Below are positions 1 through 10,300 of a stretch of DNA of 64,000 nt, piece by piece. The stretch is taken from assembly GCA_951406725.2 (NCBI GenBank), contig OX597837.1:12896001-12960000 (forward strand), written 5' to 3'. This stretch comes from Octopus vulgaris. Its lineage: Eukaryota. The translations under genes were made by a program, and so were the position numbers. The notes below the pieces were generated by a model. The model was not told the origin of the DNA and ran no database searches. It saw nothing but the letters and a program-made list of their open reading frames with translations. How positions within the stretch are numbered: the first letter of the stretch is position 1; every line of letters begins with the position of its first letter.

Positions 1-470
1 TGATAAAAAAAAGGCTTAAAAATTTTCGTTTATCTCAATAAGTTAGAACCACCAGATGGTTCTGTCCTTGATGTGGCCTGGGGGTTTGTGTGCCTCAGTG
101 TGCCTGAGAGTCACACCAGTGGACCACAAGCTTCTTGAAGGTCTTCCGATGCCAGTCAAAGGATAAAGTCTTCAACTGAGACTTATTTTATCAACCCCAA
201 AAGGATGAAAGGCAAAGCCAACCTCAGCAGAATTTGAACTCAGAATGTGAAGACGGATAAAAGACCACTAACCATTAATGCCAGGTGATGCAAGGTTACC
301 AAACGACAGAGGGACGGGAACAGGTGCAAAGAGGAGATACTGGATTAGCCCAGGTGGGAAAGAAAGAAGATAGCAGTGAACGAGAATGAATGAATAAATA
401 AATAAATGTAAAACAGAAAAGTAAGTCTTTGTATGTTTTAATCAAAGAAGGAAGCAGTGAAATATCTCAC

Positions 471-568
471 CTTTAGAGTGTGAACTCTCCCTTTGAAGAA
501 GAGGAAGAGAGAAGAACGTGGGAATTCTTTCTCCCGATTTTTTATTAGCAGTTCTGCATCACAAATAC
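471..568 (-). CDS. TTC39C: TTC39C-like internal exon (GICDAELLIKNREKEFPRSSLFLFFKGRVHTLK)
   Basis: Acceptor ttccag and donor AAG|gtgaga; 98 nt, phase 1 to phase 0. Translation matches the TTC39C segment [33 protein letters not shown] (recalled human sequence). Confidence 0.88.
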
Positions 569-984
569 CTGGAATAGATATTTAAATATGAAAGATTTAT
601 TTTTTAGGGAACAAAGAACGAAATATAATGGTAGACACAAAGAAAAACTCACAAAGGCTCAATGAAGAAAATTAATTTCACAGACACAGTCTATGACTTA
701 GGAAGTGTCTAAGTAAGACTCTGTCTATATCTTTTTAAGACTGACTCATTGTCATTGTTCTATAGTCGCTTTTTTTATCCCCCAAGCTACACAAACTTAC
801 TGAGGCAGTTTTTCTATGGTTGGATGCTCTTGCTGTCATCAACCCTATCCAGTTTCCATGTAATGTACAATTGTATTTGATGGCATAGAAGACACATTTT
901 TTTTTCTCCAAAATAATAAGTCAAAGGAAAGAATAAAATCTCCTTGGGTCCTATGTGCAAAGTTGGGGGCTTATATTACATGTC

Positions 985-1224
985 TTAACTCTTTAACATT
1001 TAAACCCGTCATATTCAGACCCAAGGATTCTACTCGTTTTACATCGAAATAGGTCAGATCTAACTTCTCACACCTATCCGACAATGTCATTCAAAAATAG
1101 ACAATTACATTATAGAAATTTCAAAGAAATACAATTAATTAAAGAAAGACATGATTAATTCAAAACAAATCAGAATGAAAAAGCCTTACATTTGACAGAG
1201 AAATCTGAATGGTGAAGGGGTTAA
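985..1224. mobile_element. piggyBac-type MITE, family 2 (degenerate)
   Basis: TTAA at both ends with short TIRs (ttaactcttt...aaggggttaa); homologous to 8145-8372. Confidence 0.6.
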
Positions 1225-1334
1225 AATGGATTAAAAATCTTTCTGCCCTGAAAATGGGGTGCAATTTTTTTATTATGCCATCAAATATGATACTTATTCC
1301 CGAGCTGTGGAGTCGGAGTCAGAAACAATTAATA

Positions 1335-1735
1335 ATCCTTTCTACTGTAGGCACAAAGCCTAAAATTTGGGAGAGGGGGATAATCAATTACATCGACCCC
1401 CAGTACTCAACTGGTACTTAATTTATCAACACCAAAAGGATGAAAGGCTAAGTCAACCTTGACGGAATTTGAACTCAGAATGTAGCGACAGACGAAATAC
1501 CTATTTCTTTACTACCCACAAGGGGCTAAATACAGAGAGGACAAACAAGGACAGACAAACGGATTAAGTCAATCATATCGACCCCAGTGCGTAACTGGTA
1601 CTTAATTTATAGACCCCGAAAGGATGAAAAGCAAAGTCGACCTTGGCAGAATTTGAACTCAGAACATAACGGCAGACGAAATACGGCTACGCATTTCACC
1701 CGGCGTGCTAACGTTTCTGCCAGCTCACCACCTTA
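1335..1735 (-). mobile_element. Nin-domain-like tRNA-derived SINE (family B), dimer
   Basis: Head aaggtggtgagctggcagaaacgttagc and core gcctttcatcctttcggggtc...aagtaccag on the minus strand; two units. Confidence 0.8.
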
Positions 1736-2029
1736 ATAATAATAATACCAAAGAAAGCTATAATGTTATAATCTTGGTAAAACTAACCATAGCAAACCTC
1801 ATACGATTAAATAGTGAATATGCCGGAAAGAGACTTCATAAGTAAGTATTGCTAGTTTAGTATTCTGGTAGAGATAAAGGCTTCTAGTAATAGGAAAACG
1901 GTAAGTAGAAGTACTCTCAGAGGTTAAGTGTTTCCTTCAGGAGTAAGTTGTGACTAGTTTGGGGACTGGAATGAGTGAATGAGGTTGTAAGTAACAAAGT
2001 GAAGAAAATTATGAAAGAGAAACCAACCA

Positions 2030-2490
2030 GAGCAGCCAACTGGGCCCCGTGCCGGTGGCACATAAAAGGGCACCATTCGAGCGTGATCGTTACCAACGTC
2101 GCCTTACTGGCACGTAAAAGGGCACCATTCAAGCGTGATCGTTACCAACGTTGCCTTACTGGCACCTGTGTCAGTGGCACGTAAAAGGGCACCATTCGAG
2201 CGTGATCGTTACCAACGTCGCCTTACTGGCACCTGTGCCGGTGGCATGTCTAAAAAGATTCGAGCGAGGTCATTGCCAGTACCGCCTGACTGGCCCCCGT
2301 GCTGGTGGCATGTAAAAAGCTACCACTACACTCTCAGAGTGGTTGGTGTTAGGAAGGGCATCCAGCTGTAGAAACTCTGCCAGATGAAGATTGGAGCCTG
2401 GTGCAGCCATCTGGTTCGCCAGCCCTCAGTCAAAATCGTCCAACCCATGCTAGCATGGAAAGCGGACGTTAAACGATGATGATGATGATG
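2030..2490 (+). mobile_element. RTE-LINE 3'-UTR-derived element with internal ~60-bp tandem repeats and (GAT)n tail
   Basis: Ends gcatggaaagcggacgttaaacgatgatgat, the same 3' end as the LINE at 4651-6240; repeated aaagggcaccattcgagcgtgatcgttaccaacg units. Confidence 0.8.
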
Positions 2491-3313
2491 AAACAGAGGA
2501 GGTTCTGGTCCGGATTACAGAGGAAATGTCTACATTGCCACCATAGTTTTCATGTCCACTCTACCATGCTTGCCTGGGTGAGATAGAGTTTATTGAGACA
2601 GATTTTCTATGGCCTGGTGCCCTTCCTGTCACCAACCCTTGCCTTTTTTCCAAGCAAGGTAATATTTCTCCTATGGCCAGACATGTTTTTGCAGTAGATT
2701 GGAAATGAATGACATTCATTTAGAACAATCACATGATGTCAAGACAAGGACACACAAAGACTCACATACACACACACACATACATGCGTATGACAGGCTT
2801 CTTTCAGTTTCCGCCTATCAAATCTACTCACAAGGATTTGGTCAGTCGGGGGCTATAGTAGATGATACTTGCCCAAGGTGCAATGCTTGGCAAAGGGACT
2901 GAACCGAAGACCACATGATTGGGAAGCAAAGTCCTGAACCACAGAGACACACCTGTTGTCTATACAAAATTGAACTGAAGTTGCAAAAATGCATATCTGA
3001 CACACTTCGACCTGTATCTATTTTAAGTATTTTTCTGGGGACAAATCTACAACAAAACCTTGTACAGTTTCGGTATAGGCACATACTCTCCCATTACTCA
3101 GTCAGGTTTTTTTAGAGTATTCAGTAATTAATTACATTTAATGAATCCGTGTTGCAAGACTCCAGATGTGAAATCATGTGTTGAAACGGATACTGTTGTA
3201 TTTCAGGGATGGTTATTTTTTTCTTTCTTTTTTGCCAAATGAACGCACACACACTATACATTCTAAACATAAGTATGGAAGATGGACGTTAAACATGATA
3301 TATATGTGTATGT

Positions 3314-3477
3314 AGGCATAGGAGTGGTTGTGTTGTAAGTAGCTTGCTTACCAACCACATGGTTCTGGGTTCATTCCTACTGCGTGGCACCTTGGGCCAG
3401 TGTCTTCTACTATAGCCTTGGTCCGACCAAAGCCTTGTGAGTGGATTTGGTAGACAGAAACTGTAAGAAGCCCAACG

Positions 3478-3562
<85 letters not shown>

Positions 3563-3784
3563 GTGTGTATGTGTTTGTGTGTCTGTGTTTGTCCACCCCA
3601 ACATCGCTTGACAACCGATGCTGGTGTGTTTACGTCCCTGTAACTTAGCGGTTCGGCAAAAGAGACCGATAGAATAAGTACTAGGCTTCCAAAGAATAAG
3701 TCCTGGGCTCGATTTGCTCGACTAAAGGCAGTGCTCCAGCATGGCCACAGTCAAATGCCTGAAACAAGTAAAAGAGTAAAAGAG
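3314..3784 (+). mobile_element. tRNA-derived SINE family A with internal (TG)n(TA)n microsatellite
   Basis: A-box/B-box-like head (tggttgtgttgtaag...ggttcattcc), ccttggg core and (gagtaaaa)n tail; more than 15 homologous copies in the window. Confidence 0.85.
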
Positions 3785-4149
3785 CCAATGGGACAGAGCC
3801 CTACATGGTAGCTACACTTGCTAAAAATAGCAGCCACATCACCATTAAATGACAATCTAAAGTATTACAAGATAAAACATATCGTAATGAGGTCCTGGTC
3901 ACATGAACTGGCTTTCATTACAGAAAGATAATTGACATAGTTGCATAAGTGGTCGTTATCATTTTATTATCCTTTAATTATGACAGATAGGGTTAATCTT
4001 GCAGAGATTTAAGAATTAAGCAGATAGCAATGCACTCAGTGGCATGGAATGGGATAAAAATAAGCAGGAGAAGAAACCATTGCTTAATTTTGTAACAGTT
4101 TTAAGGGCGTCAAGCTGGCAGAATTGTTAGCCCAACCGAGGAAAATGCT

Positions 4150-4335
4150 TACTCTTTACTCTTTTACTAGTTTCAGTCATGCTGGAGCACCGCCTTTAGT
4201 CGAGCAAATCAACCCTAGGACTTATTCTGTCGGTCTCTTTTGCCGAACCGCTAAGTTACGGGGATGTAAACACACCAGCATCGGTTGTCAAGCGATGCTG
4301 GGGAGGCAAACACAGACACGCAAACACACACACAC

Positions 4336-4368
<33 letters not shown>

Positions 4369-4538
4369 CATATATACGACAGGCTTCTTTCAGTTTCCGT
4401 CTACCAAATCCACTCACAAAGCTTTCATTGGCCCAAGGCTATAGTAGAAGACATTGCCCAAGGTGCCACGCAGTAGAATGAACCCGGAACCATGTGGTTG
4501 GTAAGCAAGCTACTTACCACACAGCCACTCCTGCGCCT
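4150..4538 (-). mobile_element. SINE family A
   Basis: Reverse complement of the family A consensus. Confidence 0.85.
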
Positions 4539-4650
4539 ACATACACATATATATCATCATTATTGTTTAACGTCCATCTTCCATACTGTCAAACTGTCCA
4601 ATCTGTGCCAGCATGGAAAATGGATGTTAAACGATGATGATGATATATAT

Positions 4651-6240
4651 ATCATCATCATCATCATCATCATCGTTTAACGTCCGCTTTCCGCGCTAGC
4701 ACGGGTTGGACGGTTTGACCGGGTCTGGGAAGCCAGGGGCCGCTCCAGGCTCCAGTCTGAATCTGGCAGAGTTTCTACGGCTGGATGCCCTTCCTAACGC
4801 CAACCACTCCGTGAGTGGATTGGGTGCTTTTTACGTGCCACCTGCACAGGGGCCGGAGGGTCCGGCATCGTCACGATCGGATTCGAGCATTTTAACGTGT
4901 CAGCGGCACGGGGGCAACGAGGTCCGGGGTACTTTGGGGATCGGGGTATTTTGGGGATCCAGGGTACTTTGGGGATCCGGGGTACTTTGGGGATCCGGGG
5001 TACTTAGAATGGGTAGGGGGGTACTTAGAATGGGTAGGGGGTATGTGGAATTGCTGCAGAAAGCAGCCCGGGTCTTTGTAGTCACAGCATATCTCCAGAG
5101 ATCTCGGTCCTTCGCCATTGCCTCAGTGAGGCCCAATGCTCTGAGGTCATGCTTGACCACCTCATCCCATGTCTTCCTGGGTCTACCTCTCCCCTTGATA
5201 CCTTCAACTGTTTGGGAGTGGCACTTCTTCACACATCTCTCTTCATCCATCCGCAGCACATGACCATACCATCGCAAGCGTCGCTCTTGCACACCACATC
5301 TGATGCTTCTTATATCCAGCATTTCTCTCAGGATACTTACACTCTGTTTTGCGTGCACACTGACACTACACATCCAGCGGATCATGCTAGCTTCATTTCT
5401 TTCAAGTCTACGCATGTCTTCTGCAGTCACAGCCCATGTTTCATTACCGTGAAGCATGGCAGTTCGCACACATGCATCATATAATCTACCTTTTGCTCTG
5501 AGGGAGAGGCCTTTTGTTGCCAGTAGGGGTAGGAGCTTTCTGAACTTTGCCCAGGCTATTCGTATTCTAGTGGTGATACTCTCTGTGCATCCACCTCCGC
5601 TACTAACTTGGTCTCCCAGGTAGCGGAAACTATCAACTACTTCTAGTTTCTCTCCCTGGAGTGTGATGGAATCTGTTTTCTGAGTGTCTGTTGTGTCTAT
5701 TGTCCCTGTGCATCTGCCGCACATGAAAGCTATCTTATCTGTTAATTTCCCTTTAATGTTGCTGCACCTCTTATGTGTCCATAACTTACATTGGGTGCAT
5801 CTTATGGAGTTTCTACCTGTACCTTTCCTACAGGTTGAGCAGGGCCACCTACCCGAGGGGATGTGTGTTGAGTACCTCTTGCTGCTTACTAATACTTTGG
5901 TCTTTGCTACATTTATTCTAAGGCCCTTTGATTCCAACCCTTGCTTCCATACCCGAAATTTCTCTTCTAGTTCCGGTAGTGATTCTGCTATGAGAGCTAG
6001 GTCATCGGCATAGAGGAGCTCCCAGGGGCATCCCGTTTTGAATTCCTCTGTTATTGCTTGAAGGACTATGATGAACAAAAGGGGACTGAGGGCTGAGCCC
6101 TGGTGCACACCTACTTCTACTCGGAATTCTTCACTATATTCGTTGCCAATCCTAACCTTGCTAACAGCCTCTCTGTATAGAGCCTGTACAGCCCTTATTA
6201 GCCATTCTTCAATCTCCAGTTTCCGCATCGACCACCAGAT
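4651..6240 (-). mobile_element. 5'-truncated RTE-clade LINE inserted in a (TA)n tract
   Basis: RT ORF, 3' UTR and (GAT)n tail; (TA)n on both flanks. Confidence 0.92.
4900..6240 (-). CDS. RTE LINE ORF2 C-terminal part: reverse transcriptase with embedded PHD-type zinc finger
   Basis: Stop-free ~440 aa. RT motifs GVHQGSALSPLLF, LLYADDL and FRYLGD; RTE C-terminal RRLRWYGHVLRM and GRGRPRKTW; C4HC3 motif. The Met shown in the ORF track comes from the flanking microsatellite. Confidence 0.92.
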   Translation of the reverse strand: MWWSMRKLEIEEWLIRAVQALYREAVSKVRIGNEYSEEFRVEVGVHQGSALSPLLFIIVLQAITEEFKTGCPWELLYADDLALIAESLPELEEKFRVWKQGLESKGLRINVAKTKVLVSSKRYSTHIPSGRWPCSTCRKGTGRNSIRCTQCKLWTHKRCSNIKGKLTDKIAFMCGRCTGTIDTTDTQKTDSITLQGEKLEVVDSFRYLGDQVSSGGGCTESITTRIRIAWAKFRKLLPLLATKGLSLRAKGRLYDACVRTAMLHGNETWAVTAEDMRRLERNEASMIRWMCSVSVHAKQSVSILREMLDIRSIRCGVQERRLRWYGHVLRMDEERCVKKCHSQTVEGIKGRGRPRKTWDEVVKHDLRALGLTEAMAKDRDLWRYAVTTKTRAAFCSNSTYPLPILSTPLPILSTPDPQSTPDPQSTLDPQNTPIPKVPRTSLPPCR

Positions 6241-6269
6241 ATATATATATATATATATATATGAACAGA

Positions 6270-6880
6270 CATAAGACAATAAACTGTGACAAAAATACAG
6301 CTACTATTTCTAGCAGGTGTAGTTACCATGTAGAGGTCCTCAAAGGCCCATAAATATAAGCATACATAAAACAGTGGGCTGCGGTTTGAGGAATATGTGG
6401 CTGCTATTTTTAGTAACTATAGCTACCATGGAGAGATCTACTTTGACCCATAATACATGAATATACATAGGCCATGAGTTGAGGGAGATGTGTTTACTAT
6501 TTCTAGCAGATATAGCTATCATGTAGAGGTCTGCCACACTGGGCTATGTATATAAATATACATAAGATAGGGGGCTATGATTTGAGGAAGATGCGGCTAC
6601 TATTTCTCACAGATGTACTTACCATTGGTCAATGTATAGGAATATACACAAGACAGTGGTCTGTGATTTGAGGGAGATGTGGCTACTATTTTTAGTAGAT
6701 ATAGCTACTATGTAAAAGTCCATCCCATTATCCCATGTGTGTGTGTGTGTGTGTGTATAACGATACATATGATGGGTGTGATTTGAGGGAGATGTGGCTA
6801 TTATATCTAGCAGGTCAACTCCACTGGCCTGTATAAACATATAATAAGATAATGAGCTGTGGTTTGAGAGAGATGCGACA
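6270..6880 (+). repeat. Degenerate tandem array, ~110-120-bp unit (tgatttgagggagatgtggctactatttctagcag...)
   Basis: About 6 diverged copies; related dispersed copies near 3790-3850, 20300-20370, 36200-36260 and 56330-56370. Confidence 0.65.
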
Positions 6881-6911
6881 AAGGACACTCGTGATGGTGA
6901 GAAAGATATAT

Positions 6912-7360
6912 ATATTTCTTTATTGCCCACAAGGGGCTAAACATAGAAGGGACAAACAAGGACAGACAAAGGGATTAAGTCGATTACATCGGCCCCAGTG
7001 TGTAACTGGTACTTAATTTATCGACCCCGAAAGGATGAAAGGCAAAGTCGACCTTGGTGGAGTTAGAACTCAGAACGTAGCGGCAGACAAAATACCTATT
7101 TCTTTACTACCCACAAGGGGTTAAACATAGAAGGAACAAACAAGGACAGACAAAGGGATTAAGTCGATTACATCGGCCCCAGTGTGTAACTGGTACTTAA
7201 TTTATCGACCCCGAAAGGATGAAAGGCAAAGTCGACCTCGGTGGAAATTGAACTCAGAACGTAGCGGCAGACAAAATACCTATTTCTTTACTACCCACAA
7301 GGGGCTAAACATAGAAGGGACAAACAAGGACAGACAAAGGGATTAAGTCGATTACATCGA
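6912..7360 (-). mobile_element. SINE family B tandem multimer (~185-bp units)
   Basis: About 2.5 near-identical head-to-tail units, ending abruptly at 7360. Confidence 0.85.
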
Positions 7361-7670
7361 CTGGAGCCTGGTGCAGCCTTCTGGCTTCCCAGACCCTATT
7401 TGCACCGTCCAACCCATGCCAGCATGGAAAGCGGACGCTAAACGATGATGATGATGATGATGTACAAATAACATGAAAAAAAATAAATAAATAGTTACCA
7501 TGGTAACAAAAATTCACATGAGTGCCAAGGATGTTACAGCTTACTTATAAAGGTAGAAATTGCAGGGTTAAGTGAAATGTTTTTGTACGACAAGGATAAA
7601 TTAAGAAATAGAGTTAAATGCAGGTGTTATTCAAATAGTAGGAAAATGCAGGAATCATTCCACATATTAC

Positions 7671-7808
7671 CTGGTGTCGCTTTTTTTTGGAAAATTTTCT
7701 TCGTAAAGTCTTGAAGACACCACTTTCTGGGTCGCATTTTTTCTCTGTTTCTTGTAAAGCCTTAGTCGCTTCTTCGATCCTTTCTTCTTCAAAAGACATC
7801 AAGGCTTG
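7671..7808 (-). CDS. TTC39C: TTC39C-like exon 3 (QALMSFEEERIEEATKALQETEKKCDPESGVFKTLRRKFSKKKRHQ)
   Basis: Acceptor ctcttctttcag and donor CAG|gtaata; 138 nt, phase 0/0; matches TTC39C [25 protein letters not shown]. Confidence 0.9.
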
Positions 7809-8144
7809 CTGAAAGAAGAGCAAACGAACCATTAAAGCAATACAAATCACATTGAGCTTCCGACAATGGTACGAGAGCAATCAAGTGGTTCAGTGTTCAA
7901 ATCTTGTTGAGGTTGAATAAAATGAAAACAACTACGCTCCCAGGCTGGAAATCTTCGGCTTTTTTGAGCTGAATGTGCCAAGTTAAAACTCTACAGTAAC
8001 ATAACATTGTTGTTGTTGTTGTTGTTGTAATGGCTGTAGTCGAGAAAAGGATCCCTTTGGCAGCAGATGTCAGTCTTAACATAGCAAAGACAGTTGCAGA
8101 TCAGCAATTAACAAACACTTCATAATCAGACCTAATGGCAATGT

Positions 8145-8372
8145 TTAACTCTTTAGTGTTTAAACTGGCCATATCCAGCCCAAATATTCTACATGTTTTA
8201 TATTTGAACTGGCCATATCTAGCCTCTCACACCAAACCTACATTGACATTCTAAAATTAAAAAATCACATCATTAAAACCCCAAAGCTATAAGATAATGC
8301 TTGATTAATTCAAAACAATTTGAGTGAAAAAATATTACATTTAACAGAGTAATCTGAACACTAAAGGGTTAA
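8145..8372. mobile_element. piggyBac-type MITE, family 2
   Basis: ttaactctttagtgtt...aacactaaagggttaa: TTAA ends with TIRs. Confidence 0.7.
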
Positions 8373-8968
8373 TGAGGAGAAAATTGGGGACACTTGGCTG
8401 TGGCTGAGTAAACAGAACTGACTGCCCAGTGGCTAGTTGACCATTTCACCATTAACAGAACACACACACACACACTTTACGCTTTTATTCTTTTACACAT
8501 TTCAGTCATTTGACTGCGGCCATACTGGAGCCTCAATAGGTTTCGGTCAAAGGAATCTACCCCAGGGCATATTCTTTGTAAGCCTAGTACTTATTCTATT
8601 GGTCTCTTTGGCTGAACTGCTAAGTTACGGGGGACATAAACACACCAACATCGGTTGTCAAATGATAGCAGGGGGGACAAACACAAACACACACACATTT
8701 GGCTATTCTTAGACATTCTTTAACCATTTTGAGACCAACCTGTCTGAGGTCGTCCATGGTTCTATGGTACAAGCTTCTTGTTTGAAAGTCATTTAAATTA
8801 AAACCTACCATCAAAATTCCAAGCTAATTTATGCTACAAACCCTAGATTAATAAGAACAAAGTTACTTTATTAAATTATTCGATATATTTTAAAACTGAA
8901 AATAAGACAGAGTATGTTTCAACTGAAATATAGTGAAAAAAAAAAAGGGTTAGAATTAAATTTCACAT

Positions 8969-9377
8969 AGGCGCAGGAGTGGCTGTGTGGTAAGTAGCTT
9001 GTTTACCAACCACATGGTTCTGGGTTCAGTCCCACTGCGTGGCACCTTGGGCAAGTGTCTTCTACTATAGCCTCGGGCCGACCAAAACCTTGTGAGTGGA
9101 TTTGGTAGACGCAAACTGAAAGAAGCCCGTCGTATATATGTATATATATATATATATGCGTGTGTGTGTTTGTGTGTCTGTGTTTGTCCCCCTAGCATTG
9201 CTTGACAACCGATGCTGGTGTGTTTATGTCCCCGTTACCTTGCGGTTCGGCAAAAGAGGCCGATAGAATAAGTACTGGGCTTACAAAAGAATATGTCCCG
9301 GGGTCGAGTTGCTCGACTAAAGGCGGTGCTCCAGCATGGCCGCAGTCAAAAGACTGAAACAAGTAAAAGAGTAAAAG
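8969..9377 (+). mobile_element. SINE family A, full length
   Basis: aggcgcaggagtggctgtgtggtaag head through gaaacaagtaaaagagtaaaa tail. Confidence 0.88.
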
Positions 9378-10184
9378 CGTATATGAGGTTGACAAAGATA
9401 TTTAGTCATATCAAATAAACATGGCGTTGAGGGTTCAATGCTTCATTCATTCATTGTCTTATCATATCATTTGTATTAAAGCTACTTACTAGTGATTAGG
9501 GTTTTGGGAATCCACCCAGGTGGCCCACATTCAATTCCCAGCCTGGAAATTGTCTTATTTAATGTTGGTACCCCAGTAGCTCAAAATCTCTAGTGGAAGC
9601 GTCATCCAACCAAAATGCAAATATATGGGAAATTACCACCTGTGTCATCTCTTGTGAAAGGTGGAAGAGTCCAGTTTGTTGGACATTGTTGTAAGCTGAA
9701 AACGAGGTAATTTCTACCCTTCTCCTCTGGAAGCCATCTGCTCGCGATACCAGAGGGCGCACACTCTCCTACCCTGATGTAATCTCCAGGGATACAGGCA
9801 TCCAGCAACAGGACCTCCGGAATGCTATGATGGACCGTTAAGTCTGGCGTAACATAGTAAATTCCATTGTCTCGACCACGGTTGAACAATGGTGATGAAG
9901 TGCCCTGCCACTTAACATACGGTCCAATTACCTCTGTGCATTTAGCTCTTGCCCAAGTGAAGCTGATCGGAGAACCTCAACAACAACTCGTAGACCATTA
10001 TTGTTTTCGCAAAAAGTATTTTAAAAAAACACTAACGAGTTTGTTCTTTCATTAAAGAATTTTAAAAATTGAAAATAAAAAAAATGGAAACCGTTCAAAA
10101 TCTCATAAAAATCTTTCATAAAAGGATTGATTAAAATTTTTGTAAATTTAAAACAAAAAACATTTGGACTACAATTGAAGACAA

Positions 10185-10300
10185 AAGAAAGAAAGAAAGA
10201 AAAAAAGAAAGAAAGAAAGAAAAGGAAGGAAGGAAGGAAGGAAGGAAGGAAGGAAGGAAGGAAAGAAGGAAGGAAGGAAGGAAAAGAAAGAAAGAGAAAA
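10185..10300. repeat. (GAAA)n/(GGAA)n microsatellite
   Basis: Directly visible. Confidence 0.95.

Noticed and set aside
2040-2320. Repeat-spacer-like pattern suggesting CRISPR
   Set aside because: The units are contiguous tandem repeats in a LINE UTR, the context is eukaryotic, and there are no unique spacers or cas genes.
4706-6013. Plus-strand ORFs over the LINE
   Set aside because: Antisense shadows of the RT ORF.
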